This document shows, piece by piece, positions 18,898-28,884 of a DNA stretch of 48,680 nucleotides. Each line of letters begins with the position of its first letter. The first letter of the stretch is position 1. A program made the position numbers and the translations under genes. The notes beneath the pieces were generated by a model. The model was not told the DNA's origin, searched no databases, and was given only the letters and a program-made list of their open reading frames with translations. This DNA is from a virus (lineage: Duplodnaviria > Heunggongvirae > Uroviricota > Caudoviricetes). The DNA lies in IMG/VR virus record IMGVR_UViG_647533159_000004. One strand, 5' to 3'.

Positions 18898-19197
18898 ATG
18901 ATGGAAAAAACAGAAAACAAACCGATTGTAATTGGTGCTGATGCTGCTCCGTTTAAGTTTGAGTTGTCTCAACTGGTGGAGATGCGCATCAGTGATGAAT
19001 GGGGTGAGGTTAAAGCCCGTGCGCAGTATGCGGATGGCGAAAACCAGTACTTGCTCCACTATAAAGCAGCTGATGGTCGCGCCACGACGGAGTGGTTTGG
19101 TGAGTCAATGCTGGAAGCAACAGAAGATGATCGTCATCCTGGTTGTCCGGTATTTGCCGGTATGAAATTACCGGAAGGCGCAGTTGTTACTGAGTAA
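18898..19197 (+). CDS. Hypothetical protein, 99 aa
   Basis: ATG at 18898/18901 with GGAG SD. Confidence 0.5.
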   Translation: MMEKTENKPIVIGADAAPFKFELSQLVEMRISDEWGEVKARAQYADGENQYLLHYKAADGRATTEWFGESMLEATEDDRHPGCPVFAGMKLPEGAVVTE

Positions 19198-19318
19198 CAG
19201 GCATTACAGCAGCCCTTCAGTGAGGGGCTGCGATAATGTCAAAGCTCGTTATCAGCACCCGCCGCGCACCCAGCGCACTGGCCGATAGCGGGCTTTTTTA
19301 TTCATAAAGCGAGGCTGT

Positions 19319-20110
19319 ATGAGCGAGAAATTGAAGATCGTCTATCGCCCGTTACAAGAACTATCTCCGTATGCACACAATGCCAGGACACACAGCCCTG
19401 AGCAGGTGGCACAACTGGTAGAAAGCATTAAGCAATTCGGCTGGACTAATCCAGTGCTGATTGATGAAAAGGGCGAAATTATTGCTGGTCACGGTCGCGT
19501 TATGGCGGCTGAAGTGCTCAAAATGGATTCCGTTCCGGTCATCGTTCTGTCTGGTCTGACGGATGATCAGAAAAAGGCGTACCGCCTTGCAGATAATCGC
19601 ATGCCGATGAATGCTGGCTGGGATGAAGATCTATTACGGATGGAGCTGTCGGACCTAATCAATGCTGATTTTGATATCTCCCTGACAGGATTCAGTCCGA
19701 CAGAAATTGATGAACTGTTGACGGATGTTTTGCCAGGTACAGGAAATGAGGAGGAGCCGTACACGACGAAAATTGATACGCCTGTTTATGAGCCGTCGGG
19801 CGGTAAACCGGATATCAGTGAACTGTACGACGAAACGAAAACTCAGGAGCTGATCAGCCGGATACGTTCGGCGTCCCTTGAGCCTGATATTGAGAAATTC
19901 CTCCTGTGTGCGGCAGAACGTCACACGGTGTTTAATTTCAGCAGAATTGCGGACTATTACGCTCACGCCCCTGCTGAAATTCAGTGCCTTTTCGAGGAGT
20001 CGGCGCTGGTGATCATTGATTATCAGCAGGCTATTGAAAATGGATTTGTCCGGATGACGCAGCGTATGGTGGAGATCATGCATGGCGGGGAGGAGGAGGA
20101 ATATGCGTGA
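19319..20110 (+). CDS. ParB-like nuclease-domain (ParB/Srx) protein, 263 aa
   Basis: N-terminal ParB-type motif (LIDEKGEIIAGHGRVMAA...); GAGG SD. Confidence 0.7.
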   Translation: MSEKLKIVYRPLQELSPYAHNARTHSPEQVAQLVESIKQFGWTNPVLIDEKGEIIAGHGRVMAAEVLKMDSVPVIVLSGLTDDQKKAYRLADNRMPMNAGWDEDLLRMELSDLINADFDISLTGFSPTEIDELLTDVLPGTGNEEEPYTTKIDTPVYEPSGGKPDISELYDETKTQELISRIRSASLEPDIEKFLLCAAERHTVFNFSRIADYYAHAPAEIQCLFEESALVIIDYQQAIENGFVRMTQRMVEIMHGGEEEEYA

Positions 20111-21035
20111 TGATTTTTGCGCCTTTATTCTGACTCACGGGCGACCGGACAAAGTTCTGACTTACCGGACGTTGCGTCGTGCTGGCTATACCGGGAAAAT
20201 TTTTATCGTTGTTGATGATGAAGATAAGACACGGCATCAGTACATAGCTGAATTTGGTGAACAGGTGCTGGTGTTTTCCAAAGCCGATATCGCCAGTCGT
20301 TTTGACGAAGCCGATAATTTCGGTGACCGCCGCTCAATTTTTTACGCCCGTAATGCCTGTTTCGACCTGGCAAAACTGGTCGGGTGTAAATACTTCATTC
20401 AGCTCGATGATGATTATCACGAGTTCCAGTTTCGGGTGGATCGCAACTATGACCAGGCCTATTTTCCGATAAGTAAACTGGATGCGATCCTTTCTGAAAT
20501 GCTGGCGTATTACGAATCAATACCTGCGCTTTCCATCGCTATGTCGCAGGGCGGGGATTTTCTTGGTGACAATGGCGGCCATGCTTCGTGGGTGAAACGC
20601 AAGGCAATGAACAGCTTTATCTGTTCGGTTGATCGACCGTTCTCATTCATGGGGCGCATTAACGAGGATGTGAATACGTACACGAATCTCGGTCGCCGTG
20701 GTGAATTGTTTATGACGATCGGTGCTGTCCAGTTAGGGCAGAAACAGACGCAGAAAAACAGTGGCGGAATGACCGAGCTGTATCTGGATTCCGGAACCTA
20801 CGTTAAAAGTTTTTACTCCGTCATGTATGCGCCGTCGTGCGTAAAAATCTCACTGATGGGCGCCAGCCATAAACGCATTCACCATCAGGTCACCTGGAAC
20901 AACGCTGCAGTAAAAATCCTTCACGAAAAATACAGGAAGAAGACACCCTGCATATCAATGGGGGTGACAAATGATTCCGTATTCGAAAGTCGAGTCTCTG
21001 GCAGCGTGCCGGATGACTGCACAACAAATCGCTGA
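20103..21035 (+). CDS. Hypothetical protein with GT-A-like (DxD) features, 310 aa
   Basis: ATG at 20103 with GGAGGAGGAGG SD; FIVVDDED and IQLDDDY acidic motifs; 8-nt overlap with ParB-like gene. Confidence 0.55.
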   Translation: MRDDFCAFILTHGRPDKVLTYRTLRRAGYTGKIFIVVDDEDKTRHQYIAEFGEQVLVFSKADIASRFDEADNFGDRRSIFYARNACFDLAKLVGCKYFIQLDDDYHEFQFRVDRNYDQAYFPISKLDAILSEMLAYYESIPALSIAMSQGGDFLGDNGGHASWVKRKAMNSFICSVDRPFSFMGRINEDVNTYTNLGRRGELFMTIGAVQLGQKQTQKNSGGMTELYLDSGTYVKSFYSVMYAPSCVKISLMGASHKRIHHQVTWNNAAVKILHEKYRKKTPCISMGVTNDSVFESRVSGSVPDDCTTNR

Positions 21036-21222
21036 CGTTCTGGATGTTGATCTGAACCGACTGAAAGAAAATCGGGAAGCAATGACAAATTTTTACGCGT
21101 CCATCCGTAAGGGCAGAGCGAAAGGTGAAGCCGAGCTACGGGCGGCATTGTTTAAGCTTGCCAGAAAAGGGGATGCCTTTGCCCTGCGCGAACTACTCAG
21201 GGTGGATAAAAATCAGGATTAA
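20971..21222 (+). CDS. Small HTH-like protein, 83 aa
   Basis: ATG at 20971 with GGGGTGA SD; overlaps the 3' end of the preceding gene by 65 nt in another frame. Confidence 0.45.
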   Translation: MIPYSKVESLAACRMTAQQIADVLDVDLNRLKENREAMTNFYASIRKGRAKGEAELRAALFKLARKGDAFALRELLRVDKNQD

Positions 21223-21225
21223 CTG

Positions 21226-22320
21226 ATGAGCAGACCGGACTGGGGGGCGTTGCAGCAGGAGTACATTGCTGAATACACCCGCTCCGGTATATCTCCGGTG
21301 GCATGGTGTGAAGCAAGGGGACTGAATTACGCAACAGCCCGTCGTTACATCAAAAAACCTCCGAAAAATGTGCAGGCAGAAGTGCGCAAACCTGCGCAAA
21401 AAAGTGCGCAGAAAAAATCTGCGCAGACTGCGCACAAGCGGAACGGAAAATCTCAGAAAAAAAAGCCAGTATCCTATGCGTGCCTGAATGAGGGCGACGC
21501 GGAGGAAATATCATTCTGTCCCGATGAATTTGGCATTTCTGACCAGCAGGCAAAATTCGCCATGCTGGTTGCCCAGGGTAAAAAGCCCACTGAGGCATAC
21601 CGACTGGCTGGGTATGAAGGGGAAGGAAACACTGCATGGGTAGCAGCCTCTCGTTTGTACAGGAATGATAAGGTTTTTCGTGCTATCAGCTACTTCCGCA
21701 ATCAGTACCAGAAACGCTATACCGCAGACCTGGATTTACTGGTGAGTCAGTTGATGGCCATTGTCCAGGCCGACCCCAATCAGCTTGCACAATTTCGCCG
21801 TGTTAACTGCCGTTATTGCTGGGGCGAGAACCATCTCTACCAGTGGCGCGATATTGAGGAATTCGATAAAGCCGCAGAGAAGGCCAGCAAGGACGGTAAA
21901 CCTGCGCCTGAGTATGGCGGTCTCGGATTCGTTGATAACGCTATACCCAATCCTGACTGCCCGAAATGCTGTGGTGAGGGGCGGGGAGAAATCCATATTG
22001 CCGATACCACCCTGCTTGATGGTGATGCGCGACTGCTTTATGCCGGGGCCAAGTACGGGAAATTCGGCGTCGAAATACTGATGGAGGACAAAAGCGCAGC
22101 GCGACGCGAACTCCTGAAGTATCTGACGACTGTGAAAAAGCCGTTGCCGGAAAATAAAGAAGGATCTGCAAATAGGGATCTGGATGATGAATGGAAACGC
22201 CTGCGCAATGAAAAACTGCGCACCGAGATTGAAAACCTCAAGAAAGGCGCTGGTGGCGCTAATAACCAAATAATTATTCACAACTCTCTGCCGATGCCGG
22301 GAGTGGATAATGTCGATTGA
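21226..22320 (+). CDS. Terminase small subunit (N-terminal HTH, C-terminal Cys cluster), 364 aa
   Basis: HTH near N-terminus; terminase-small-like central region; immediately upstream of and overlapping large terminase. Confidence 0.6.
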   Translation: MSRPDWGALQQEYIAEYTRSGISPVAWCEARGLNYATARRYIKKPPKNVQAEVRKPAQKSAQKKSAQTAHKRNGKSQKKKPVSYACLNEGDAEEISFCPDEFGISDQQAKFAMLVAQGKKPTEAYRLAGYEGEGNTAWVAASRLYRNDKVFRAISYFRNQYQKRYTADLDLLVSQLMAIVQADPNQLAQFRRVNCRYCWGENHLYQWRDIEEFDKAAEKASKDGKPAPEYGGLGFVDNAIPNPDCPKCCGEGRGEIHIADTTLLDGDARLLYAGAKYGKFGVEILMEDKSAARRELLKYLTTVKKPLPENKEGSANRDLDDEWKRLRNEKLRTEIENLKKGAGGANNQIIIHNSLPMPGVDNVD

Positions 22321-23638
22321 AATTTTCCTTCCAAAGCCTCACGAGGGGCAAATTGCCGCATGGACGGCGGCAATAGAAGAGCGTTTCCATGCGGTATGTT
22401 GTGGTCGCCGTTGGGGTAAAACGGTGATGCTGGTGAACATCGCCACCAGTTATGCCACCAGACGATTTGCAGTGCCCACTACCGGGCAGTTGATAGCTGG
22501 CAGGGTGGGAATCTTTACCGCTCAATACCGTCAGTACCAGGAAATCTGGGACGAGATTTGCGCTGCACTGCAACCACTGATACTCAGTCAGTCCAAGAAC
22601 GAAAAACGAATCATCCTTCGCAATGGGGGACGCATCGATTTTTGGGTAACGGACAATAACAAACTGGCCGGGCGTGGGCGTAAGTATCACGCTGTGCTGA
22701 TTGATGAGGCCGCATTCACTAAATCGCCGGAAATGCTCGAGGAAATATGGCCCCGCGCTATACGCCCGACGCTTGTCGATTACCGTGGCTGTGCGTGGGT
22801 ATTTTCCACACCAAACGGTATCGACGAGAGCAATTTTTTCTACGCGATATGCCACGATGAATCCCTGGGATTTGTCATGCACCATGCGCCAACTTCATCG
22901 AATCCGTACATTCCGAAAGAAGAACTGGAGGAAACGGAGAAGAAATCCGATCCGCGTGTCTGGCAGCAGGAATATCTTGCCGAGTTCGTGGACTGGTCGA
23001 AAGACGCGTTACTCGATGTCGATAAGCTGCTGGTGGACGGTCAGCCGATTGAGATGCCGCCGCATTGCGACATGATTTTCGCAGTGATGGATACGGCGCT
23101 GAAAGGCGGGACCGAAAATGATGGTACTGGCGTGGTGTATTTCGCTTATGAGTCAACGTATTCGGACGAGCCAAAACTGACGATTATTGACTGGGATGTG
23201 ACGCAAATTAAAGCGTCATTGCTTCCTGAATATATCCCCGGCGTTTATGACAACCTTGAGCGCCTGGCTAAATTATGCCGTCCGCGTCTGGGCAGCCAGG
23301 GAATTTTTATGGAAGACGCTGCGATGGGGGCAATCCTCAACCAGAAGGCGGAAACCGAAGGCTGGGATATGACGCCGATTAAATCGGCACTAACCAGCAA
23401 AGGCAAAGACGAACGGGCGGTGATGGCATCCAGCTACCACTATCAGGGGATGTGCAAAATCGTCCGGGAGGCTTACGACAAGACCGTTTCATTCAAACGC
23501 ACCACCGCAAACCACCTCATTAAGCAAATAGCCGGGTTCCACCTGGCAGACAAAGACGCACATAAACGTGCTGATGACCTTTTCGATTGTTACACCTACG
23601 GATTGATTATCGCGCACGGTAATTACGCGGCGTTGTAA
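22310..23638 (+). CDS. Terminase large subunit, 442 aa
   Basis: Walker A-like GRRWGKT; acidic nuclease-type C-terminal half; followed by portal. Confidence 0.85.
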   Translation: MSIEIFLPKPHEGQIAAWTAAIEERFHAVCCGRRWGKTVMLVNIATSYATRRFAVPTTGQLIAGRVGIFTAQYRQYQEIWDEICAALQPLILSQSKNEKRIILRNGGRIDFWVTDNNKLAGRGRKYHAVLIDEAAFTKSPEMLEEIWPRAIRPTLVDYRGCAWVFSTPNGIDESNFFYAICHDESLGFVMHHAPTSSNPYIPKEELEETEKKSDPRVWQQEYLAEFVDWSKDALLDVDKLLVDGQPIEMPPHCDMIFAVMDTALKGGTENDGTGVVYFAYESTYSDEPKLTIIDWDVTQIKASLLPEYIPGVYDNLERLAKLCRPRLGSQGIFMEDAAMGAILNQKAETEGWDMTPIKSALTSKGKDERAVMASSYHYQGMCKIVREAYDKTVSFKRTTANHLIKQIAGFHLADKDAHKRADDLFDCYTYGLIIAHGNYAAL

Positions 23639-23656
23639 AAAATCAGGATATTTTTG

Positions 23657-25093
23657 ATGGCAGAGATCGAGATTACTGGCGGCCTCGGTTCAGCACTGAT
23701 GCATATTCTTGAGGCTGAAGAAATTCAGCCGGGAACCGACATTGGCTATGAATTGTGTAAGCAACTGTGGCAATTCCATCCTCTGGGCGGAAAACTTGTC
23801 GAAAAACCCATACTGATGGCAATGTGTAAGCCGCGCCAGTACAACGTGGAGACAGACCCTGACGAGCGGGTTGTGCGGCGTTTTCAGGAGGTATGGGAAC
23901 GTATGAAGGTTAACGAGAAGATTAAAAATCTGTTTTTTCTGTCTCGTTGCTACGGTGCTGCAGCGATCGGCGTGGGCACCGACAGTGTTTCATGTCGTGA
24001 ACCGCTTCCGACGTTCGGACTGACAGAAGAGGATGTGTATATCAACGCGTGGGATCCGTTGAACGCTTCCGGTTCGATGGTGACTGACCAGAACCCAAAC
24101 AGTCCGTTTTTCCAGGAAGCCAATAAAAAGCTGAAGATTGGCGGAAAAGACTGGCATCCGTCACGCACACTAAAAATCTTCAACGGCACACCGATTTATC
24201 TGGAGTTTCAGAGTTCATCGTTCGGATTCACCGGGCGAAGCGTGTTTCAGCGAGTTCTTTATTCCCTGAAATCCTATATCAATACGATGGAGGCGAATGA
24301 TCTCGTCAGCCAGAAGGCAGGCGTACTGGTGGCTAAAGTTGTGCAGAACGGTTCGAAAATTGACGGGATCATGGCTGCTGCCACGGGGCGTAAAAGGGAA
24401 AACGTGAAAGCCGCCAAAAATAAAGGCGTGTTGAGTATTGGAAAAGACGAAGACGTAAGTTCACTGAACCTGCAAAACATCGACGGGGCGCTGAATACAT
24501 CCCGCGACAACATCATTGCTGATATTGCCGCCGGGAGTGACGTTCCGGCCATTATTATCAAGGAAGAAGCGTTCAGTAACGGATTCGGTGAAGGTAAGGA
24601 GGACTCGAAAGCCATCAGCCAGTATATCGATGGTGTACGCCAGCAGATTGAGCCTGTGATGGATTATTTCGAACGCCTGGTGCAGTACATCGCCTGGAAC
24701 GAGGAATTTTATCAGTCGCTGAAAAATGATTACCCGGACATCATAACTGATGACTATAAAACCACGTTTTACCAGTGGCGACGTGAATTTACCGCGACAT
24801 GGCAGGAGCTGGTGGAGGAGTCGCCGGACAAACGCCGGGAAAGCGACAGTAAAGTGATTCAACAGGCGATAGCACTTTTCTCTGCCGTGTCGCCACAGGT
24901 TGATCCTGAAAACCGTGCCGCCGTCACTGAATGGCTGGCAAGCCTTGTTAATGCCACGCAAACCTATGGCGAAGCTCCACTCATTATTGATGTGGACGCG
25001 CTGGCGAATTATGAACCACCGAAGCAGGAGACGCCTGATGGCAATTTCCAGCCGGGCGGTGAGGAAGAAGAAACGGATCAGGACGCTGTATGA
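23657..25093 (+). CDS. Portal protein, about 478 aa
   Basis: Size and position after large terminase; acidic C-terminus. Confidence 0.65.
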   Translation: MAEIEITGGLGSALMHILEAEEIQPGTDIGYELCKQLWQFHPLGGKLVEKPILMAMCKPRQYNVETDPDERVVRRFQEVWERMKVNEKIKNLFFLSRCYGAAAIGVGTDSVSCREPLPTFGLTEEDVYINAWDPLNASGSMVTDQNPNSPFFQEANKKLKIGGKDWHPSRTLKIFNGTPIYLEFQSSSFGFTGRSVFQRVLYSLKSYINTMEANDLVSQKAGVLVAKVVQNGSKIDGIMAAATGRKRENVKAAKNKGVLSIGKDEDVSSLNLQNIDGALNTSRDNIIADIAAGSDVPAIIIKEEAFSNGFGEGKEDSKAISQYIDGVRQQIEPVMDYFERLVQYIAWNEEFYQSLKNDYPDIITDDYKTTFYQWRREFTATWQELVEESPDKRRESDSKVIQQAIALFSAVSPQVDPENRAAVTEWLASLVNATQTYGEAPLIIDVDALANYEPPKQETPDGNFQPGGEEEETDQDAV

Positions 25094-25871
25094 GGTTCTG
25101 ACGGATGCCGTTAACTACTACGTAAATCACGGGTGGGATAGCGAAAAATCATTGCTCGAATGGTGCCGGAAACTCCGTGTAGCCGCTCAGCGAGAAACCC
25201 CTGATGATACCGTAGCCAGAAAACACCTCACCGCTATCTACAGCCGTCTTGTCATCGACGGCGGGGCATTACGGGATCAGCCTCCTGACGGCCCTAAAAA
25301 AATCACTGTTGAAAAACTGAAACCTGAGTTTCGCAAGGAACTCGACAGGCGAATTTTCGCCAGTGCCAACCTGATAAAACTCAACCGAGAACAGGCCATC
25401 GAGAAAACCATACAGCGTTTTCAGGGTTGGGTTACGTCCATTCCGCCTGATGGGGTGAGCGAAATTGATCGCCGGGAAGTGAAGTCCGGTTTTCAGAAGT
25501 CCGTGAAGGATATGGATTTTATCAGTCGCCGGGTAGCAATTGACCAGGGACATAAGCTGGCGAGCAACGTTAAGTATCTGCTGGCTGTTCAGAGTGGTGC
25601 GATTGCTCTGCGCTGGCATTCTAACTGGCGGCGTCCGGGCTACAAATACCGACAGGACCACAAAGAGCGCGACGAGAAAATTTATCTCCTTCGCGATTCG
25701 TGGGCGCTGGAGCAGGGGCTGATTAAGCCCGTATATGGTTTTTATGACGAAATCACTGCTGCCGGGGAGGAGGTTTATTGCAGTTGCGATGCAATGCCGA
25801 TCTACGCCCCTCAGAAACTACCCGACGAATTTTTAACGGAGAAGGGCAAACGTGAGTTTAACCGAGCTTGA
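25038..25871 (+). CDS. Head morphogenesis / minor head protein, about 277 aa
   Basis: ATG at 25038 with AGGAG SD, overlapping portal 3' end by 56 nt. Confidence 0.45.
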   Translation: MAISSRAVRKKKRIRTLYEVLTDAVNYYVNHGWDSEKSLLEWCRKLRVAAQRETPDDTVARKHLTAIYSRLVIDGGALRDQPPDGPKKITVEKLKPEFRKELDRRIFASANLIKLNREQAIEKTIQRFQGWVTSIPPDGVSEIDRREVKSGFQKSVKDMDFISRRVAIDQGHKLASNVKYLLAVQSGAIALRWHSNWRRPGYKYRQDHKERDEKIYLLRDSWALEQGLIKPVYGFYDEITAAGEEVYCSCDAMPIYAPQKLPDEFLTEKGKREFNRA

Positions 25872-27174
25872 AGTGGCAGAACGCATCAGGGACGGAACCG
25901 TACCGTCTCCGGTGAAATTCTCCAACATGTGGCTGGTGAATTTGCGCATAACCGGAACCGGGCTTGCCTATCGCGCCGGGCTGAAAGAGCACGTCTGGCG
26001 TGATCCAAAGCTCTATCTGAACGAGGAGTTTTTAAGGCGATGCAATGGCCTTCCGGTTATCGCAAACCATCCTGACGACGCAGTTCTGACGGAGGAGGAT
26101 TTTAAATCGCGGATCGTCGGCAGTGTCATGCTGCCGTATATCCGGGGTGACGAGGTATGGGCGGTGTGCCGCGTTTACCTCCAGAGCATTGTTGAAGAAA
26201 TCACTGAGGGGGATGTTTCGACAAGTCCGTCGGTGGTGTTCAACAGCACATCAGGAAATGTGGAAGTACAGGAAGGTGACACCAATTTTTTAATCGAGGG
26301 CGTTCCTTTCCTTGTTGATCACATCGCCCTGGTGACGAAAGACCACGGCTCGCTGGGCGTGTGGGATAAAGACCGGATCCCCGCAGGGGTTGAAGTGACA
26401 AATACAGGTGAAATTGAGATGGAAAAAGAAGAACTCCAGGCCCTGTTACAGGGGGTTGTGAGCGATGCCCTGCAAGGCATTAATCAGAAAATCGATGGTG
26501 TCGTTACGCGCATGGACTCACTGGAACAGCGGGACAAAGCGCGGGCGGATGCCGAAGAACAGGCGAAAAAAGAGGCCGAAGAAAAGGCCAAAGCCGATGA
26601 AGCCGCAGAGGAACAGCGTAAAGCTGATGAAGCTGCGGCAAAGGAGGCGGAAGAAAAAGCCAAAGCTGACGAGGCGGCAGCTAAAGACGCTGAGGAGAAA
26701 GCAAAGGCTGATTCCGAAGCGGAAGAACAGCGTAAGGCTGCCGAGGAGGCAGAAAAAGAACGCAATGACTCAGCCCTGGCAGAAGCACAGGCAAAAGCCG
26801 ACTCCGCATTCAGTGCCTGCGGTAAAAACGCGCCAGCACCGTTTTCTGGTGAAAATGCGCTGGACTACCGCAAGCGTGCGCTAATCGCTATGCAGAAACA
26901 CTCTCCGGCACATAAGGACGTCAATATTCGCGCGATTGCGGATTCTGCAACGCTGGCTGTGCTTGAGGACGCAATTTTCAGTGCCGCCCGTCAGTCCATC
27001 GAAAAAGAAATGATGAGTACGCAGGGGCAACTGCATAAACGTATCCGCAACGATGAAGCCGGACGTCGCATTACTGAATATCAGGGCGATCCGAACGTCT
27101 GGCTGAGTGCTTTCAAAATTCCGGGGCGTCGTCTGGCAAAAATTAACACTCAAGGGAGCCTGAACAATGGCTGA
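25852..27174 (+). CDS. Scaffold-like head protein with Ala/Glu/Lys coiled-coil repeats, 440 aa
   Basis: GTG at 25852 with GGAGAAGGG SD; central AEEKAKADEAA-type repeats. Confidence 0.5.
   Translation: MSLTELEVAERIRDGTVPSPVKFSNMWLVNLRITGTGLAYRAGLKEHVWRDPKLYLNEEFLRRCNGLPVIANHPDDAVLTEEDFKSRIVGSVMLPYIRGDEVWAVCRVYLQSIVEEITEGDVSTSPSVVFNSTSGNVEVQEGDTNFLIEGVPFLVDHIALVTKDHGSLGVWDKDRIPAGVEVTNTGEIEMEKEELQALLQGVVSDALQGINQKIDGVVTRMDSLEQRDKARADAEEQAKKEAEEKAKADEAAEEQRKADEAAAKEAEEKAKADEAAAKDAEEKAKADSEAEEQRKAAEEAEKERNDSALAEAQAKADSAFSACGKNAPAPFSGENALDYRKRALIAMQKHSPAHKDVNIRAIADSATLAVLEDAIFSAARQSIEKEMMSTQGQLHKRIRNDEAGRRITEYQGDPNVWLSAFKIPGRRLAKINTQGSLNNG
26540..26775 (+). repeat. In-frame imperfect tandem repeats encoding (A/E/K)-rich heptad-like units
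   Basis: Repeated gaagaaaa(a/g)gccaaagc(c/t)ga(t/c)ga(a/g)gc(c/g)gca units visible in DNA and translation. Confidence 0.5.
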
Positions 27175-27784
27175 TATTAACTTTCATCCGTTTAAAAACC
27201 GTGGAGCATTTGGTGGCCTTTTTAACGTCGAATCACGTGGGCTGATGCAGGGGGATGCGCAGGATGATCCGGCAATTCGTCTGCAACTTTGCTCCGGACG
27301 ACTGGACAGCAAAATCACTGAACCGGTATGAGGTGGTGTCGGTGTTATCGAGTGCATCGCTCCCGCGAAAGACAGCGTTAACGGGGCGGTTATCAAGCAG
27401 GCCACGACGGACGCCTGTAACGCATTTACAGTCTTTAATCAGGCATTTCATGGCATTACCACGCCGGATAATCCGGTGCCGTTATATCTCGCGGGTGGCT
27501 TTGTTCACTATTACCGCGTTGGCTCAGGCGCCCGCATTCCTCTCCCGGTCAGTGCAGAAGTTGTTGCGTTGGCTGATGGCAATAACACCGTTGCTGCCAG
27601 TGGTTTTGTGTGGGATCTAACGAAAAACGTGGTTGATGTTTATTCGGGAACGCCCGGAGCTAACCCGAAAGTGGACATTAAGTTGCTGATGGTTTCAGTT
27701 GACGGAAACCTGACGGTGAAAAAAGAGGATGGCGGTAACGTTGTCTGGGAAATCGGCAAACCGTGCGGCCTGTTTTTAATTTAA
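27167..27784 (+). pseudogene. Head-associated gene with in-frame TGA at 27329-27331 (possible decoration/structural protein; pseudogene, sequence error or readthrough)
   Basis: ATG at 27167 with AGGGAG SD; TGA after 54 codons; same frame then open for 151 more codons with no start codon before GTG at 27476. Confidence 0.5.
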
Positions 27785-27798
27785 GGGGATATTAATTA

Positions 27799-28827
27799 AT
27801 GAGCGCATTTACTCCTGCGACTACTATTGTGTCGCCGTCAATGGTGCTGCCGGAAATGATCGTGCAACAGAGCATGGCTTCCGGGGCGTTTGAAGTCCTG
27901 GCTGGTGGTGCTCCAGCGGTAAAAATCAGTTCCAGTGACTTGATGGTCTATCAGAAATATTTGCGTATGACCTCGCAGGCGCAGGTCAGCCAGTCTCTGC
28001 CGGGCCAGTTGCCGTCTTCCAGTATTTCTGGCGGCTATGACGGGATGATGACTTACCGAATTTCTTCCCGCTCGCAATACAGCTATCTCGATACTGATGC
28101 AGCAGATCGCTGGGGCTATTCTCTGATTGAAGGCCTGCGCCTGGCTAACCGCCAGGGACACGCTCAAATGTTGCGTAATATGCTGCTGTACGGTGTTGAA
28201 GCGAAGAATAACGAAGGGATCACCAACTCCCCGAATGCAGTGACACTGAATCTGGGCAACGACAGCAAAGGGAATGATTCATATACCACCTGGGATTCCG
28301 GCGAGATGGCTAAATTTATGCTTGGCCTGATTGCTGACCAGAAAACCCGCATGTTGCTGCTGGGGCAGCCATTAACGACTGTTATTCTGAGCCCACAGCG
28401 ATTCATGAAGGCGCTGGAGTGGACAGGAATTGTTGAGCTGACCAGTTATCAGCGTCCTGGTGGTGGTACCGGAACGGTGGGAACGATGGTTAAAGATGTC
28501 GCCGATAAGGCGACAGGCGACGACATCATTTTCTGCCAGGACGACACGCTGATCGGTAAAGGCGCTGGTGGTAATGACCTGATCATCGTTACGAACCCGA
28601 CGATTGAGGTTCCGGAAGCGCGTCATACCATTAACACCAATATTTTCTCCACGCTGGTTCCTAACCAGCAGGCCGTCAACGTGATGTTCTGTGATATGGC
28701 AGCGCCGACGGAAATCCCGTCCCCTATGCCGGATGGCGGCCTGACCACATTGTATACCATGCGCGCGACGCCGGGCTGGAACTTCCGCCCGGAGGGGATC
28801 ACCCTGTTGTCTGCCAAATACGCATAA
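27799..28827 (+). CDS. Major capsid protein, 342 aa
   Basis: Size, AAGGGGA SD, strong terminator after it, position in head module. Confidence 0.7.
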   Translation: MSAFTPATTIVSPSMVLPEMIVQQSMASGAFEVLAGGAPAVKISSSDLMVYQKYLRMTSQAQVSQSLPGQLPSSSISGGYDGMMTYRISSRSQYSYLDTDAADRWGYSLIEGLRLANRQGHAQMLRNMLLYGVEAKNNEGITNSPNAVTLNLGNDSKGNDSYTTWDSGEMAKFMLGLIADQKTRMLLLGQPLTTVILSPQRFMKALEWTGIVELTSYQRPGGGTGTVGTMVKDVADKATGDDIIFCQDDTLIGKGAGGNDLIIVTNPTIEVPEARHTINTNIFSTLVPNQQAVNVMFCDMAAPTEIPSPMPDGGLTTLYTMRATPGWNFRPEGITLLSAKYA

Positions 28828-28844
28828 ACGTTCAACCTGATAAC

Positions 28845-28872
28845 GCGGGGAGCTAAATGCTCCCCTTTTTTG
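28845..28872 (+). terminator. Rho-independent terminator after capsid gene
   Basis: GGGGAGC-TAAAT-GCTCCCC followed by TTTTTTG. Confidence 0.65.
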
Positions 28873-28884
28873 TGGGAAAAATTT

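Noticed and set aside
21736-23174. Minus-strand ORFs (67-203 aa) antisense to the terminase genes
   Set aside because: Overlap confidently assigned plus-strand terminase genes; no SD; junk-like composition.
26465-26884. ORFs in both orientations across the coiled-coil repeat region
   Set aside because: Products of low-complexity GAA/GCN repeat DNA; Lys/Arg- or Ser/Ala-rich nonsense.
27255-27620. 121-aa ORF in an alternative frame across the in-frame TGA
   Set aside because: Arg-rich, non-protein-like translation; the zero frame carries the plausible protein on both sides of the stop.
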